A stretch of 64,000 bases of DNA, from the NCBI GenBank assembly GCA_001938485.1, contig MQRK01241354.1:1-64000 (forward strand), in the 5' to 3' direction. Below, one piece after another: positions 43,401 through 58,000 of this stretch. The notes below the pieces were generated by a model. It did not search any database, was not told the origin of the DNA, and saw nothing but the letters and a program-made list of their open reading frames with translations. Both the position numbers and the translations under genes were made by a program. The DNA is from Girardia tigrina (taxonomy: Eukaryota). Each line of letters opens with the position of its first letter. Positions within the stretch are counted from its first letter, which is position 1.

Positions 43401-46400
43401 CATTTCAAAATCGTAAATCGTATTAAAATTTTAATATTTTTTTATTAATCTTTTTAGAAGTTAATAACGATTCATATTACAGTTTTTGAAATTATTTGTT
43501 CAAAAAGTGTTTATTTAAGTCGTTATTTTTAAAGAATAATTTTTTAATATTATTTTATTTGAAAATATTTTTTCATCTTTTTTCCTCTCTTCATTTCAGT
43601 CAGTTTCTCTACAAATTAATTACCATATTTCCTAAAATAAACGGCGTTAAAATGTTACTTGTAGCTAAACAGCGTACTCAATTTTTATAAATGTAGTAAT
43701 TTACTAAATTTTAATTTTGTAAATAGATTTTAAAATATTAATTCTCATTATTTTTATTTAAAAGTTTATTCCATTTAAATTTTGATTTCATCACCATTTT
43801 CTGCCAGTATATCACATTCATTAGCTTTTATCTTTGCGTATTCATTTGTGGTTATTTCCTCATATTTTAGAAATGTGCTTGATTACAAAATAAACTTCTT
43901 CAAATCAGATGAAGTAATGGTTGTTGCAAAGAATTGAAGAATAGAATTAATTTACAGTGTTCTGACTTTGAAAATATGGATGAAACGGATTCAATGGACG
44001 AGGAGTAAAACATCTCAAATTGTGACAGAATCAGAAAGATTAAAGATACCTACTTTAATGTCGATTCATTGGGTACCCGACACCATGTAAATTTAATCCA
44101 TTCAACCATGTCAATATTGAACATACATCTTTAATCTTAATCCATTGAATTCGTTTAATCCATATTTTCAGTCAGAACAGTGTAAATTAATTTTATTCTT
44201 CAATTCTTTGCAACAACCATTAAAAATGAGCATATATCAATAGCGGATCAGTTAAGATTAAAATATTTTGTGATTACATTGAATTGATCTAAATTACCGG
44301 GGCCCTGAAATATTCGGCTGAAATATTAGGCCCTACTGACAAAACCTAACATTTGAACAAGTGGTTCAATGTTTATTTGAGGAAATGCAGTTTGTTATAA
44401 TGATTGAATACAAATTCATTGACCAAGACTTTTGGTATACTTCGAAAACCCTAATCTTCATTGTTTGAATGATTAGTAGTCTTTGATATTGTAAGATCCG
44501 AGTTTTTTCCAAAAAAATCCTGTCTCAAAATATATAAGTTGTTAATTTTACTAAATTATTTAAGTTTAAATTTGACCTAAACTTCTCTTTTTATTAAATT
44601 AGTACTGTTTTCCAAATGATTTGCTTTAATTGATTTATGTTTTGTCAGTTTCTAGAAATTTAATAGTCTTTAAATTTATTTGTTTTCATAAAAATAAAAT
44701 TGAACATATTCTATTTTAAAATTACAGTTAATGTATAATTTAATACGATCTATATGGATGTTTGTGTGAGATTTAGCAATAAATTGTTGTGATTTACTAA
44801 TTAAAGACAACTGTGCGACAATGCCGAGGTGATGTTAGACGTGAAAACTGTGATTCATACCGGTGTAACATATGGTGCTGTGTTAGGCCATTCTAGAATG
44901 GTCTTTGATCTTCTTGGAGATGACATTCGAGTATTGAGATTTATGTTGGGACTTGCCACACCAGGGTACACATTAGAGATTTTGAAATTAACTCAAATGT
45001 TTCGCAGGAAAGTATTGGTTTCTAAAGCCACATACGAGCAACTACCAGACGGTTATAAAGGTGATTCGGGACCAAGACTGGATCTTTCATTAATGTCGAT
45101 GTCAATGTCGGCGTCAGGTGATTCCACTAAAATGGAAACATTTTATCTCAGACCGAAACATGTGAAACAGGTTTAATTAGTGCTTTTTTATCATTAGTAT
45201 ACATTAATTTTATATTTAAATTAGTAATTAATTTATTTTCACCAATAATCTCGATAAATGTAATTACCATTTGTATCATTCAATGGTACGTATTTCTTTC
45301 CAACGAAAAAAAAACGAAATTATTTTTAATTAAATGTAATACTACTCATTGTTATTTGTATTCATAATATTACAAATAATTTTAGTATAAAAGCTGTTGG
45401 ATGAAAAAATATAATAATAAGAATAAATGCTAGAATTTAATGCTTACAAAAATTTTTGAACACTGTTGGTGCGAGAGGGGGCGCAGCGATGTTGCAATCA
45501 TAATGCTCTGGTGATGGAGATCTGGAGACTCTGAGACGAGAGGAGAGAGAATAAAAAAGAATGTGGCTCATTCGATCAACCGTCATCGTCATTTTCTCGC
45601 CGCTCCTACGGCCATCTTTTTCGGCGGTCCCGGACAAGAAGAATCCAAAATGACTAAGTCGTGCACCCGGTCCCTAGAATGCTTGAGCCAATCCACCACC
45701 ATGTCGGTGATTGGGCAAACACGCGGCGGCCGTTCACACCATCCTTTACCACTATACTACTCGATCATTTTATTACTTTAAATCGCTATTCTATTTCAGG
45801 GATTCAAGACAACACAGAACGATCCCGAATAAGTATATATTAAATTGATAGTTTTAATTATTTCAATTTAAGACTCTTCACAATTTATATTCACACAGAG
45901 AGCCCCAGCATCACTGGAGATTGCCAAATCAATTTTCACTGAATTATTTTGGTTACCAGAATCATTAATGTTCTTAGAATCTTCAAAACATGCAAACATA
46001 TCGAGATTCACTGAATTATTTTGGTCACGATAATTATTGTTTTTTTAAGAAAATCTCGTTATTGATGGTGAACGCAATTTTAATAATCAAATTTTCCATT
46101 AACGAATCGAAATCCTTATTTTTCCTTTCTTTAGACTGAATTTTACCACGCAATGAAGTAATCGAATCAGAACGACATTTAATCACGTGTTAATTTTTTT
46201 CTTTAGATTTGTACAACCTTTTGCATTTACAACATTGATTTTATTGATTCGATAAAACAAATCAAATCGATTATTTTTTTGATAATTTTAAAATCAATAT
46301 TTTTTAAACCCTTTATATTCAATTATTTAATAATAAAATAATCAACCAAAAAAATTGATAAAAATTCATTTTATAAACGATTTCAATGATATTCAGATTC

Positions 46401-49400
46401 CCTATTTATTATAACTGTCGATTCGATTTTCATAAAATAATTTTTGATAAAATTCGATTTTGTTATTGATTTTATTGGTAATTTCCGTTATTGTCGTTTC
46501 GTGAACATTTTTCATGAGACCTTGTTCTGGGTTTCCGGTTTGAATAATTCAAAATCTTTAGATATATCTTTTGAATTTCCATCAATACTAAAGATATTTG
46601 CGATATGATTTCATGATCTGCTTGTAGTGGTTTTTTTGATAATTGATCAAGTTTAATATTTGGTTGAGTTTGATAGCGAACCATTTCTGTCTCTTTGCAA
46701 TCAAACAAACATTATAATTTAAAATTGTGAAACTAATTTTGTAAAATTTTAAAAATCGTAAAACTGTAAAATTTATTTATTTATAAAATTTATATTTATT
46801 TATAGAGGTTTCTGAATAGAAACTAATGTTCCTCTGAAATTTGTTGAAAAAAAGAATTTGTATTGAATTAAAATTTTGAAATTGAATCTTTTTTGAATTG
46901 AAAATTTTGATTTGAATCTCCATCTTGAGTTTTAATCAAATATGTCCGAACCTATTAATAAAAATAATAATTATAATTAATGATTCCCTTGCTAGCTCTG
47001 AGCTTAATTCACTACAATATGCTTTATAAAGCAGTGTACCACCATTTACTGTTTACATCTTAATGAATGATAGTTCTTTGCAAACATATTTTTCATCATC
47101 TGCAATATTTCTTATTATTTATTTATCATTTATATATATTGTATAAAAAGGCGTTGAGAGTTTCATGAAAAATTTAAAATATTAAAAAAATAATTTGTGT
47201 ATTTTTAAATCAATTATTAAAATATAACGTTTATTTGTTGGTTTGACTTATCAAAAGTTTTCAAGTTTAGAGATTATCAAAATAATGCTAAATGTATATT
47301 TATCAAACATTTTTGTTTCTTAGAATATACATTAATTCGACCATGTAAAAGTACAATAATCAAGAATTTTTAAACAATATAAAAAGCTTTATTTATATAG
47401 ATTTATGCCAATAAGTTATCATGAAAGTTCTTAGGTTTTGGGACTACTCTATTTGTTATTTTCAACTAACTTTGCGTTTTAATATTTTAATATCTTATAC
47501 ATAATGCTTCGTTCTATCTGATGGTATATTTACGTTTTTTTCCTGCGTTCAATGATTTTTTTTATGTTTGTAGAATTATTTAATTTTATTTAAGGATATA
47601 TTTCGATCGAAATTTTAATTTAACTTCAAATTAGTGCAATATGCAACTAGGACGCTTTGAAAACTAAGTTTAGGCCTAATAATATTGAATAAAGTGACTT
47701 GCGAAAATGGTTTAAGAAATTTCGTTCAAAATTTAAGAAATATCTGCTTCGTAGCGGCTGACTTTATTCCAGAACAGTGATTTGAAGGCCCTGATTGAAT
47801 CTTACACATCCCATACAGTTTGCAGGAATACAAAAAGTAGGCATCAATTACACTACTGTGTGAATTATCCATTTATCTACTAACGCTACTTTAAAGTATC
47901 AATCACTTAAAAAACTTTGTAGCACAACAATCATTACCTTTATTTTGATGATACGCTTTATAAACAATCTTTTAACTCTACCTTTTCGTGACAGATGGCA
48001 TTAGTTGTTCTAGGTTGATGAATTTTGCTAAGAAGGCTATTTTTAAACGGACATTGTGATTTTGCTGCCATTTTGTTCATAATGCAGTAGATAAAATGTT
48101 ATTTCTAACTTATATGAAATGGCAACAAGTTCAGAAAGTAGATACCTGTGATTTGAACGATAAGCTGATTTTTATATTTATTTTTAGGTTTGATTTTGGC
48201 TTTCCACCACAAAACAACCTGTTTTTCGATATAATTGTCACACATGGTAAAATATAACTTTTTACGATAACTGGAGACATCCAGGATAATGATTGAACAC
48301 TTACAAACCTCCGGATACATACAAAAGATGAAAAACAACTATAAAAAGAGTAGATATGATGCACTTCAAATATGTTGAACGAACTGAAAACATTGCAACA
48401 GAATCCGACTGTGAGAAAATCAACAAAATGTATCGAAAACTGGAACTTGTCAAAAAGCATTCGTTAATTTAACGAAATGGCAATAAAGTTCTACCTCATC
48501 CACCACACTCATCATTCCTTGAATCGACTGACTTTACTTTTCCAAGCAGTTCAATAATTTTCTCACAGAATCTTTGCTAATTAGGATTAAACGAAAACAG
48601 TCTTGACCGATTTTTTTCGCTAACGGAATAATTCCACGTGTATCTCATTGGAAAAAACGTTGCTGATTTGAATGATGACTTTTTCGATTAAATCCGACAA
48701 TTATTATGAAAGTTATGATGGTTTAAAGTTTACAAACTAAAAACCTAAAAACATTCCAGAGTGCATAATCTTATTTTTTTCTTATTAGCGGTATCTAAAT
48801 TAGTCTAATTTTTCAAAATTATATTTTAACTGTAGTCTTTTAATGGTTCTTTCTTCAATTAATTTCTTATACGTTATTCTTGACAACTAATTAATATTTC
48901 CTCAGAATTCGATTCTCGCAACAACAGATTTAATTGCTTCCGACAACTCAGACAGTCAACACGATGAAACCCTCACAAAGATTTATAGAACATATCCCGT
49001 ATTGACCAATCTATTTGATGGAATAGAAAACAATAAACATTCTCAAAAAATGAACAATTATTCACAATCTCAAACACACAAGTCATTAGATTACAATGAA
49101 CATTCAGAAAATAATTATGAAGCTCACAACGTCCGGAATGGTCAATATGACTCATTATCATCATCAACGAACCAAACCATCACCAAAGCTTTTGCTATTT
49201 CCAAATTGGCACAAACTGCTAAATTTAACGCGAATATACCGTATTACTTTCTAACAGATGACAGTTTCTTACTGTCTTCCCCAGATGACGACCGACTACT
49301 GCTGGATATCGGAGGCACTGTTACAAATTCCAACATGCCCAATACCACCGGTTCTCCAGTGTTTCATGGAACCACAAAGAGCAGGTATAAAATATTATTT

Positions 49401-52400
49401 ATAAGTATTAGCTTTATTAGAAAGAATGTTAGAAACATTTGCTCGAGATAAAATGATTAACAACCTATTATATATTATTTAGTGCATCTTGGAAATCCAC
49501 ATTAAAAAGCCAATTTACTCAGAGTCTTATTGGCAGCTATCAGATTGATGAAGATGATATATCTTTAAAGAAGACCCCTGAGATTGATTTATCTATATCT
49601 AAGATAACCAATGCTTTCGCAGATACTTCGGTTGAATTAAAGGTATGACAATAACTACAATGCGATTCCATTGAATTGTTTATTGCAGTTTCAAAACAAT
49701 TCAGAGAATTATATGGGCCTTGTTTTATCCATGTCACTATCAGTTGTTGTTTTCATCACTGCGGTACATGCAATAGTGCTGGAGGAAAAGAGCGTGATTC
49801 TCCTGACGCTGTTCTCGGTCGTTTTTATATGGATCAGTCTCATTTTGTTGCTTATACTGCTGATCAGATTGAAATTTATCTCTGGAAATATTATTCAGTC
49901 GCGACTCAGTTCAATGATTTTACTTTTAATAACAATTATGGGAATATTCTCACTTATATTTTCTAATTCGGTGAGAAATTAATATTGTTCGCATTTGATC
50001 CTACAATTCTAATTAAATATAAAAAGACAGAAGAATTAATCAAATGAAAACTAAATAAATAATGCAACAGACATATACATTAACATTATTTATATTTTCA
50101 AATTATTTTCAAAAACATTTTAACTCATTTTAAATGCATTATCTGTGATTAAATAACTCTTTATGTTACAATCCACTATTAAAAAATTCGAAATCAATTT
50201 CAAATATAGTTAAAATATTTTGATTAAAATATATTAATTAAATTTTGAAGTTGTTATTTACATTTCAAAATTGTTCGAATTATTAACCAGTTCAAATATA
50301 TCAATCTTCCATATTGTTGGGAGAAACACAATCCTAAAAGCAACCTACTCTAAACACCATTTAAAAATATTCCTCACATTCATTTTTCTGAAAACGTTTC
50401 ATTACATAGTTTTAAAATGATAAGTCAACTGTTTTTGAAAACTGCACTTTGTGGTATTCAGAGAAGTTATTTCATATTAAAACGAATATTTCGACAACGA
50501 TAGAAAGTTTTATTGGTAGTGTAAAACTTTCAAGTTGTATAAAATAATATTCTATTTTTCAGGAGGTAACTTATAGTAAAAAAAAGTAAAAAGATAAATG
50601 GTAGGTTAGTTTTAGAAACTGTTTTTTGAAGCCTGTTCTTGGAAAATCTGGTTTATTTGGTTTAAAAATGATGTAAATATAAATCAGTGGAAGATTAATT
50701 ACATTAAAAAGAATCATCAATATCACTTTGAGTTGAACATTGAACTGTCATGTTATTTTTTGCGTTTAATGATCATAAATTAGAGCCAATGTTTGAATTT
50801 AGACATCGAAATTATTAAAAAAACAATAATTAATTTATGTCATTTCGTAAAAGAACAACAGGATATGGGATCATAGAAGATTGATCATCGTAGAGCATTG
50901 TCGATCACGCACATCGAATATCAAATTGAAATTTTTTACTAGCAAAATATTTCAAGCTCTACTTATTTTAATAGCGTACGTTACCTATTCATTCATGCGC
51001 AACCGAATCCCTAAAATCAAAGTTATCTTGAATTCCCATATGAAAGGGAAAAAAATCACATTTAATTTTTACAATTAAAATTGTTTACATTAAGAAATGC
51101 TGTATCAGAATTATTAGATAAATAATAAATGAATGATAGAAATATTTAATTGAAAATATTTTGAGACTGTATATAAATGGGTCCCTGACATTTGGTATAA
51201 AAATGCGGTTTAAATGAATAAGGGGGTCAATTAGATAAAATAGTGTGTAGGTTAGGTGTTGTTGTTATTGGTAGGGTTAGGGGGTTAGGATTAAATTTTT
51301 TAATCATAATTTTTTTATACCAAATAATTTTATATAAAATCATTTTTATAGGTAATATCTGTGGACTACATAAATATATTTAATTTCATCAACAATCTGA
51401 TATTATGGTACAGTATAACTTCTAAATTTGGTCAAAAATGGGGGACGCCAAAACATATTTGTTAACATCTCCATTTTTTAATCAATTTCATTTACCAATA
51501 ATGTATCATTTTCACTATAAGTAATCATAAAAAATTATCTTCCTCCATAGGGTCTTGAATATCTGCTTTAAAATCTTACAATTTTTGGTCAAAATTGAAT
51601 TTGGCCAAATTTAGATTGTTTATATTGATATTTAAAAGATTGTTTCTAAATATGACCAAAATGGGAATATGGGCAAATTTAGAGGTTATATTGTATTAAT
51701 TTTTACTTATAGTTAAATTTAGAAAATTATTATAGGACATATTTATGTACTAATTTGTAAGTAAAACTGAAATGAGGATCCTAGTTGTAGTGCCCCATCA
51801 ATAATGATTCACAATATGACTATTCATATTGATTGTTAAATTTATTAGAGGATAAGAAAATGGGTGTTACAATATGCGTGACACTATCTTTGCAATATCT
51901 ACAGCGATTCAGAACCTTGCGTAATCAATACTTGATCACAAAATAGGCTGTAAATATCTACTCATCCGAAATTAGATGAAGTTTCATTGTCGAGACTGTT
52001 CTCAATTTTGATTCTAGAAGGTTTTGTAAGTTAAAAACGACTTCACATTGAAATCTAATGTTGCATGTAAGCTTCATTGTCCCTAGTGTCAAAACTGATA
52101 GTAATAAACCAACTGAATAAATTATGTTTAATTGATATAAATCAAAAACATTTCGTGGAAAATTAGTCGATTTGAACAAAAAGTGATTTGTACCATGTGT
52201 AAGGTGCCCACAATTTAGCCTTTATTGCGATTTATTACTCGTATAATAAACTAATGACTCAATACCTGCTACTAACTCTCTTAAATGAGAGATGGACAAA
52301 AACTGTTTGTTAAATTGGAAATTTCTTTTAAAGTCGCGATATTCATTTGTTATCAGCACTTTGCATAAATTGTTGAATATTGCATATTAAATTGTTATTT

Positions 52401-54995
52401 ATTCATATTTTTAACATTGGTTGTTGAAATATTCTTGATGCCGTATTACACAAAGGTGTTTTAGTTGCCCTCGTTGAAAGAAACAGGCTCAATATCTGAG
52501 TAGAGCGGTAGTATCGTGACAGACACACTTGAAAGAGACATTGCCATCTCATAATATATATGCTATATAATTTATTAAATGTAAATATTAATTATCGTTC
52601 AGTTCTATTGTGGTAATCTCGTGAACAAAAACAACTCATCTCTTGTATATTTTCCCGTCTCCACGGTGTGGATCGCACTCCCGTTGATCGTGATGCTGGC
52701 TCTTCCAGAATTTGTCAAAATTGTGATAGTATTTGCTACAATTATTTGCACCTGTATATTGGTATTCGTAACCTACAAGGATGGATTCACAGCATTTAGT
52801 AAATCATACCGGTACAATAATTTGATGGTTTCATTGAAATAATTTCATTTGACTTTATAATATTTATCCACATATTTTAGTTAAATCGATAATTTATAAA
52901 TTAAATCTTCATTTGTAATATTTATTTTCCAATTTAATTATCTGAACCCGTATATTCGATATACATTTCATATATTGGTTATACATGTTAGAAAAGCCAA
53001 AAGTCAGTACTCCTGATGGAATCAGATGAAAACTTCATACATTAAATTTCTTTCTAAATTCTTGACGATTTACTTAATTTCTTTTATTTAAATTTATTTT
53101 TTTATTTTATATATTTATGATTATCCTGAATGATTTTATAATTTTCTTTTTAATACTCTGTAGTTTATATTTTTTTCGCATTGTGTTTATTAAATCATAA
53201 ATCTTTACCAACAAATATTTTAAAATTAGGGATTCACTTAAATGTCAGTAGTAAAAATTATCCAAGGAAAGATTGAGTTAAAAAATTATTACTGAAAGTT
53301 CTTAATGCATTTATAATGAATACTCATTCCTTGTAAATATAACGAATATAATATGTATTGGACGTCTTACATATTTTTTGAAAGAAAACTATTTTATAAG
53401 CAAAAACATTCGTTATTTTCCTTTAAATCACTGTTTGGTACAGTGCCGAGATTGCTCTAGAGACTGACAGATGGTACCAGAGTCACAATTTGTTCACAAT
53501 CAAAATCAAATTCAAAATATTCGTAATTCAACATTTCGTTTAACAAAATTCGTAATTCAAAATTTCGCCTGATAAATTCGTAACTTGAGAAATCGACAGA
53601 ACATTCGATCAAAAATTTCATTAATCCGAGAATGCAAAGGACCACACAAAAACAAATTTGTTAAACATTAGAAAGTTTTAAATCATAAAAAGTGACTTTA
53701 AAATCACTTAAATTGGATTTCTAAAATTGTATTGACACAAAGTCTATACAAAAGCTGTTACAAGTTATTCCGTATCTCCAGTCCATTTGTAAACAAAGAA
53801 TCTGTTCTGAGTAACATTTTCTTAGTGTAATTAATTCATTCAGTTGCTCCAATATTTTAATTTAGGTATCGACACCCGACGATCTACGTCTTATTTGTAA
53901 AGCAGGTGACCTCATCTACTTAGTTAACATACTAGATCGTATTTGCCTAGCATGAAATGCCTCGAACTTTAAATTATACGTATATTTTTGATTAATTAAT
54001 AATTACAAATAAACGCCATTAAAAAAATATATTTTATGATAATATATTTCGACGGTTTAACCGTCATCATCAGATCACTGATTATGTTCTTTTTTATTGC
54101 TTTTATATAAGAAATGAATGATTATGTATTCACTTACGTTAGTCTAATCGAAAACTCTTAACAAATTAGTTGAGAGAGCTGTTAGAACATTGATTTTTGG
54201 ATCACATTATCTTATCAACAATGCTTCACATGACACTCTCCCAATAATTTTTAAAATGCTTGCACAAAATCTTAAAATCATTTATGCTCATATTACATTT
54301 ACACGTTTTTTTATGCTCAGCAATATTACTCTTTCTCCCTCTTGGACTGTGTTCTAGGACTCGTTTGCAGAAAAATTGCCATCTTTTTTCAAGTTTTTTA
54401 TTAATAATTGTTTTAATCATTCTGAGAAATACTTTTTATTTTAATAATTTTGTAAACAGTAAAATTAATTAATGGATTTGTAAAATGTCAACCTTAGATA
54501 TTTACGTTGGGGAGAAAATGGTATAAAGATCAAATCTAAATCGACTATTTAATGTTGCGATCTAATATGCATTCATCTTTCTTTGTCAATAAAATATTTC
54601 CTTGGATTCCGGCCAGAGTTCTCAAAACATGATTTCAATTTGATGAAGTTGTTTGAAGTCGCATTTGATATGCTTGAACACTAATCTATGGAAATAATCT
54701 TTATAAAATAGAATGCAAGTTCAGTCAAGTCTCACGCCAACTACAAACAATCATGACTCATGAAAATTTAGGATTGTTCAACTTATTATTATTATTATTT
54801 TACTTTTGAGTTGAGAAGTTCAAATAGATATGCTTGTGAGTCATGAAGAATAGATGACTGAGGTAATCTCAGGTAACAATAAGTACAAGCATCTTTGCAT
54901 AAAAAGAAATTTAATTGATAGAATATTTCATTCAGATATCCACATTTCTCATTAATGATGCATGTAAAATTTGATTTAATTATAATTTATATTTT

Positions 54996-55038
<43 letters not shown>

Positions 55039-58000
55039 TCTTATAATCATTGTAATAATTATTAATGAGCGGTTTAATAATAATATATCATTACCAACAA
55101 ACAATAATGTTTATATTTAATTTTGAAATATCATATATATACGCTAAGGTGATTCGTCTATATGCAATACTATCGATAACCTCTCTGACGGAGAACCATG
55201 CTTCCTGTTCCACATTAGTTACCCTCAATTTTGATTTATGAATCCTTTAATGTTGCTGTTATTATTTTAACATCAACTAATTTTTGGAACTTCTGAATTT
55301 GATATGGCAAACCCTCTGAATACTGAAAAGATCTTCACCTGACCCACATAGATGTGAATAGATTATAAGTAAACATTATTTTGGTTCAGAAGTAGATTTT
55401 TTTATATTCACTTTCCTGAAAATTAATCATTTATTGTTGACATCTGGCTTGATGACATGATTGCACAGATATCCTATAAAATCAAAGATCACCAAAAATA
55501 AAATAATAAGTTTCAAAAAAAAGTTAAAATTGTTTTATATTGCATATCAATAGAATAAGAAGTGACACTGATATTGCCGTTACGAATATTAACTCCTTCC
55601 CACTGTCTTCGACAAATCTTGAAGAGCCTCTATTTGGTTCTGTATTGTAGTTGAATCATGCAATTGTCAATTTTCGAAAGAATGTGTCGGTTATTAGTAC
55701 CAGAAACAAGAGCTGTCACAGTTGAATTCAAAACATTACAATTACATTGAGCTAATTATTTACTAATCCGTTAAAATACGTTAAATTGTGATGTTTTCAT
55801 TATTTTTTTATATTTATGAAGTTTTCAAAGAGAATATAGTAAGACAAAAAAGGAATCCCACACAGTGACATTATATATTCATTACATATTTTCCTAATGT
55901 AAATGGTTAAGTAAGTTGTTCAGCTTCAAAGATACAATAAAATTACGGTACAACCTTCGAAATTATTTATTCCGAAAATAATATTTCTATTTCTTTATAC
56001 ATAAAAATAAATATCACCAAAAATAATAAAGTATTCAGTTCTAAACATTCGCTAAATCAAATGTGATTACATTTAAAAGAGGCGTAGATATTTTACGTTG
56101 TGATCATTTGGACCGTCCATACGTTACAATGATGAAATAAAAAACATATTGTGCTTTATTAGATGTTTTCTCTGTTTCAATCAAAACAGTTCATCTAAGA
56201 CCTACAACAATTTAATGTTTTACATTTTCAAATGATGTGTTTTATCGTGTTTATCGGTGGACATTGAATATTTTTAATACACAAAACAAATTGTTTCAAA
56301 GACAGTTATTGTACTTTATACAGGAATGGAGGAATCCCGGTTGAATTCATGGTGGCTATCGTAGCTCCAATTTTCTTCTCCTTTCTTGTTTTGTGGAAAT
56401 CCAGAATTCTTAATTCATTTCGTCGTTTGGTTTTCAAATGGCAAATGAAGGTAATACAATTTTCAAAATATATTTTCAACTTTGAATTGATTTTAGACGA
56501 ACATTAAACGAGAAGAATTCAATAAACTGACGAACGGTGTAGATAGAGTTATAGATATTCTTTTGCCAAAATTTGTGATTTCCCATTATTTCAATCCTTC
56601 AAGAAACTATATGGTTTGTTAATTATATAGATTATTGAAATGTTTTGTAGGATTAAAGAGCTGTATAAGTTGCTGTCAAAATTTATATTTGAACATCAAT
56701 TAACAAAATAAAATTTTCTATTCTGATAATATATTTCGACGCAATATATAGGTTTGGCTCAAAGGTTTCTGCCGAAATTTCAATAACAAATGAATATCAA
56801 CAAAGTATTCATTTTCAAAATATTCACCATTATGTTCAATGCATCGTTGTCACCTTCCCGGCAATTTGTTGATGCCATCCTGGAAGAATTGCTGCGGTTT
56901 TGAGTCAGCCCATTGTTGAATATCGTGAATTACAGAAGATGAACTGGCGTAATCCTTTCCTTGCAAAGCAGATTTCATTGGTCGAAAAAGGTAATAATCC
57001 GAGGGGGCCAAGTCTGGTGAGTATGGTGGATGTTCAAGAATGTTGAGACGAAGCTGAGTAATCTTCTCTTGTGTGATGGTAGCCGTATGGGGTCTCGCAG
57101 GAAGTAAAGATTTGTTCTGGAAGTAGAGATTCTCATGAGACTTTCGTCTTCGCCGTTTTTCAAAAACGGCTACATTCAATTTTTCCAACAGGTTGCAATA
57201 ATATTGGGCAGTGATACTCTCATTAGGTGGCGAAACGTTCATCAAAATAATCCCTTGTGAGTCCCAGAATAGACTTAGCATGAATTTCTTTTTGGTAAGG
57301 AGGGTTTTTGATTCCGTCACTGGTTTATCTCCAGCCAAGACTTGTACCGTTGTTGATCACTGTTTTGCCAATAAACCCAGGTTTCATCAGCTGTAATAAG
57401 GCGCCATAGAAAATTGTTGCGGTGGAGTAGTCGAAGTAATTGCTCACAGATTGTAACTCTTTTTGTCTTCGCTGCATCATTCAGCACATATGGTATCCAC
57501 ACGTTGCACAAATAGCGCTTTCCCATTTGAATCAATCGTCTTCTCACAGTCTCCTTGTCACTCCCAATGCACTCAGCAATTTTTCTTGTTGTAGCTCGCG
57601 GACCGTCTTTGAGAATAGTTATTATCTCCTCTTCCAAATTATATGCGGCCGTCCACTGCGTGGCTCATCCTCACAGACAAAGTTTTCACTATTGAATTTT
57701 GCTACCCAGTCGGAGCATGTTCTGAGGTCAACTGTGCCTTCACCAAGGAGGCAGTTGATTTCTTTATGATTATTGGCAATTTACAGTCCTCTCTTCTAGT
57801 TGTAATAAATGATTTTTCTAATATCTTCTCGAGAAAACTGCATTTTCAGTACGAATACTCACTAGAAAAACGAAAAAAAAATTCGAAACAAATTTAAACA
57901 ATGTTTAATTTCAGACAAATTAAGTATTTTATTATAAAAGTTCTGTTCAAATTGTGAAAATTTTAACATATATTGTTAATAAAACTACTGAAGAGTATAT

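Noticed and set aside
45661-45843. ORF with DWANTRRPF, reminiscent of the AC C1b 'W..EKPF' motif
   Set aside because: In-frame stop just upstream and no phase-0 acceptor; exon 8 joins 48906 cleanly.
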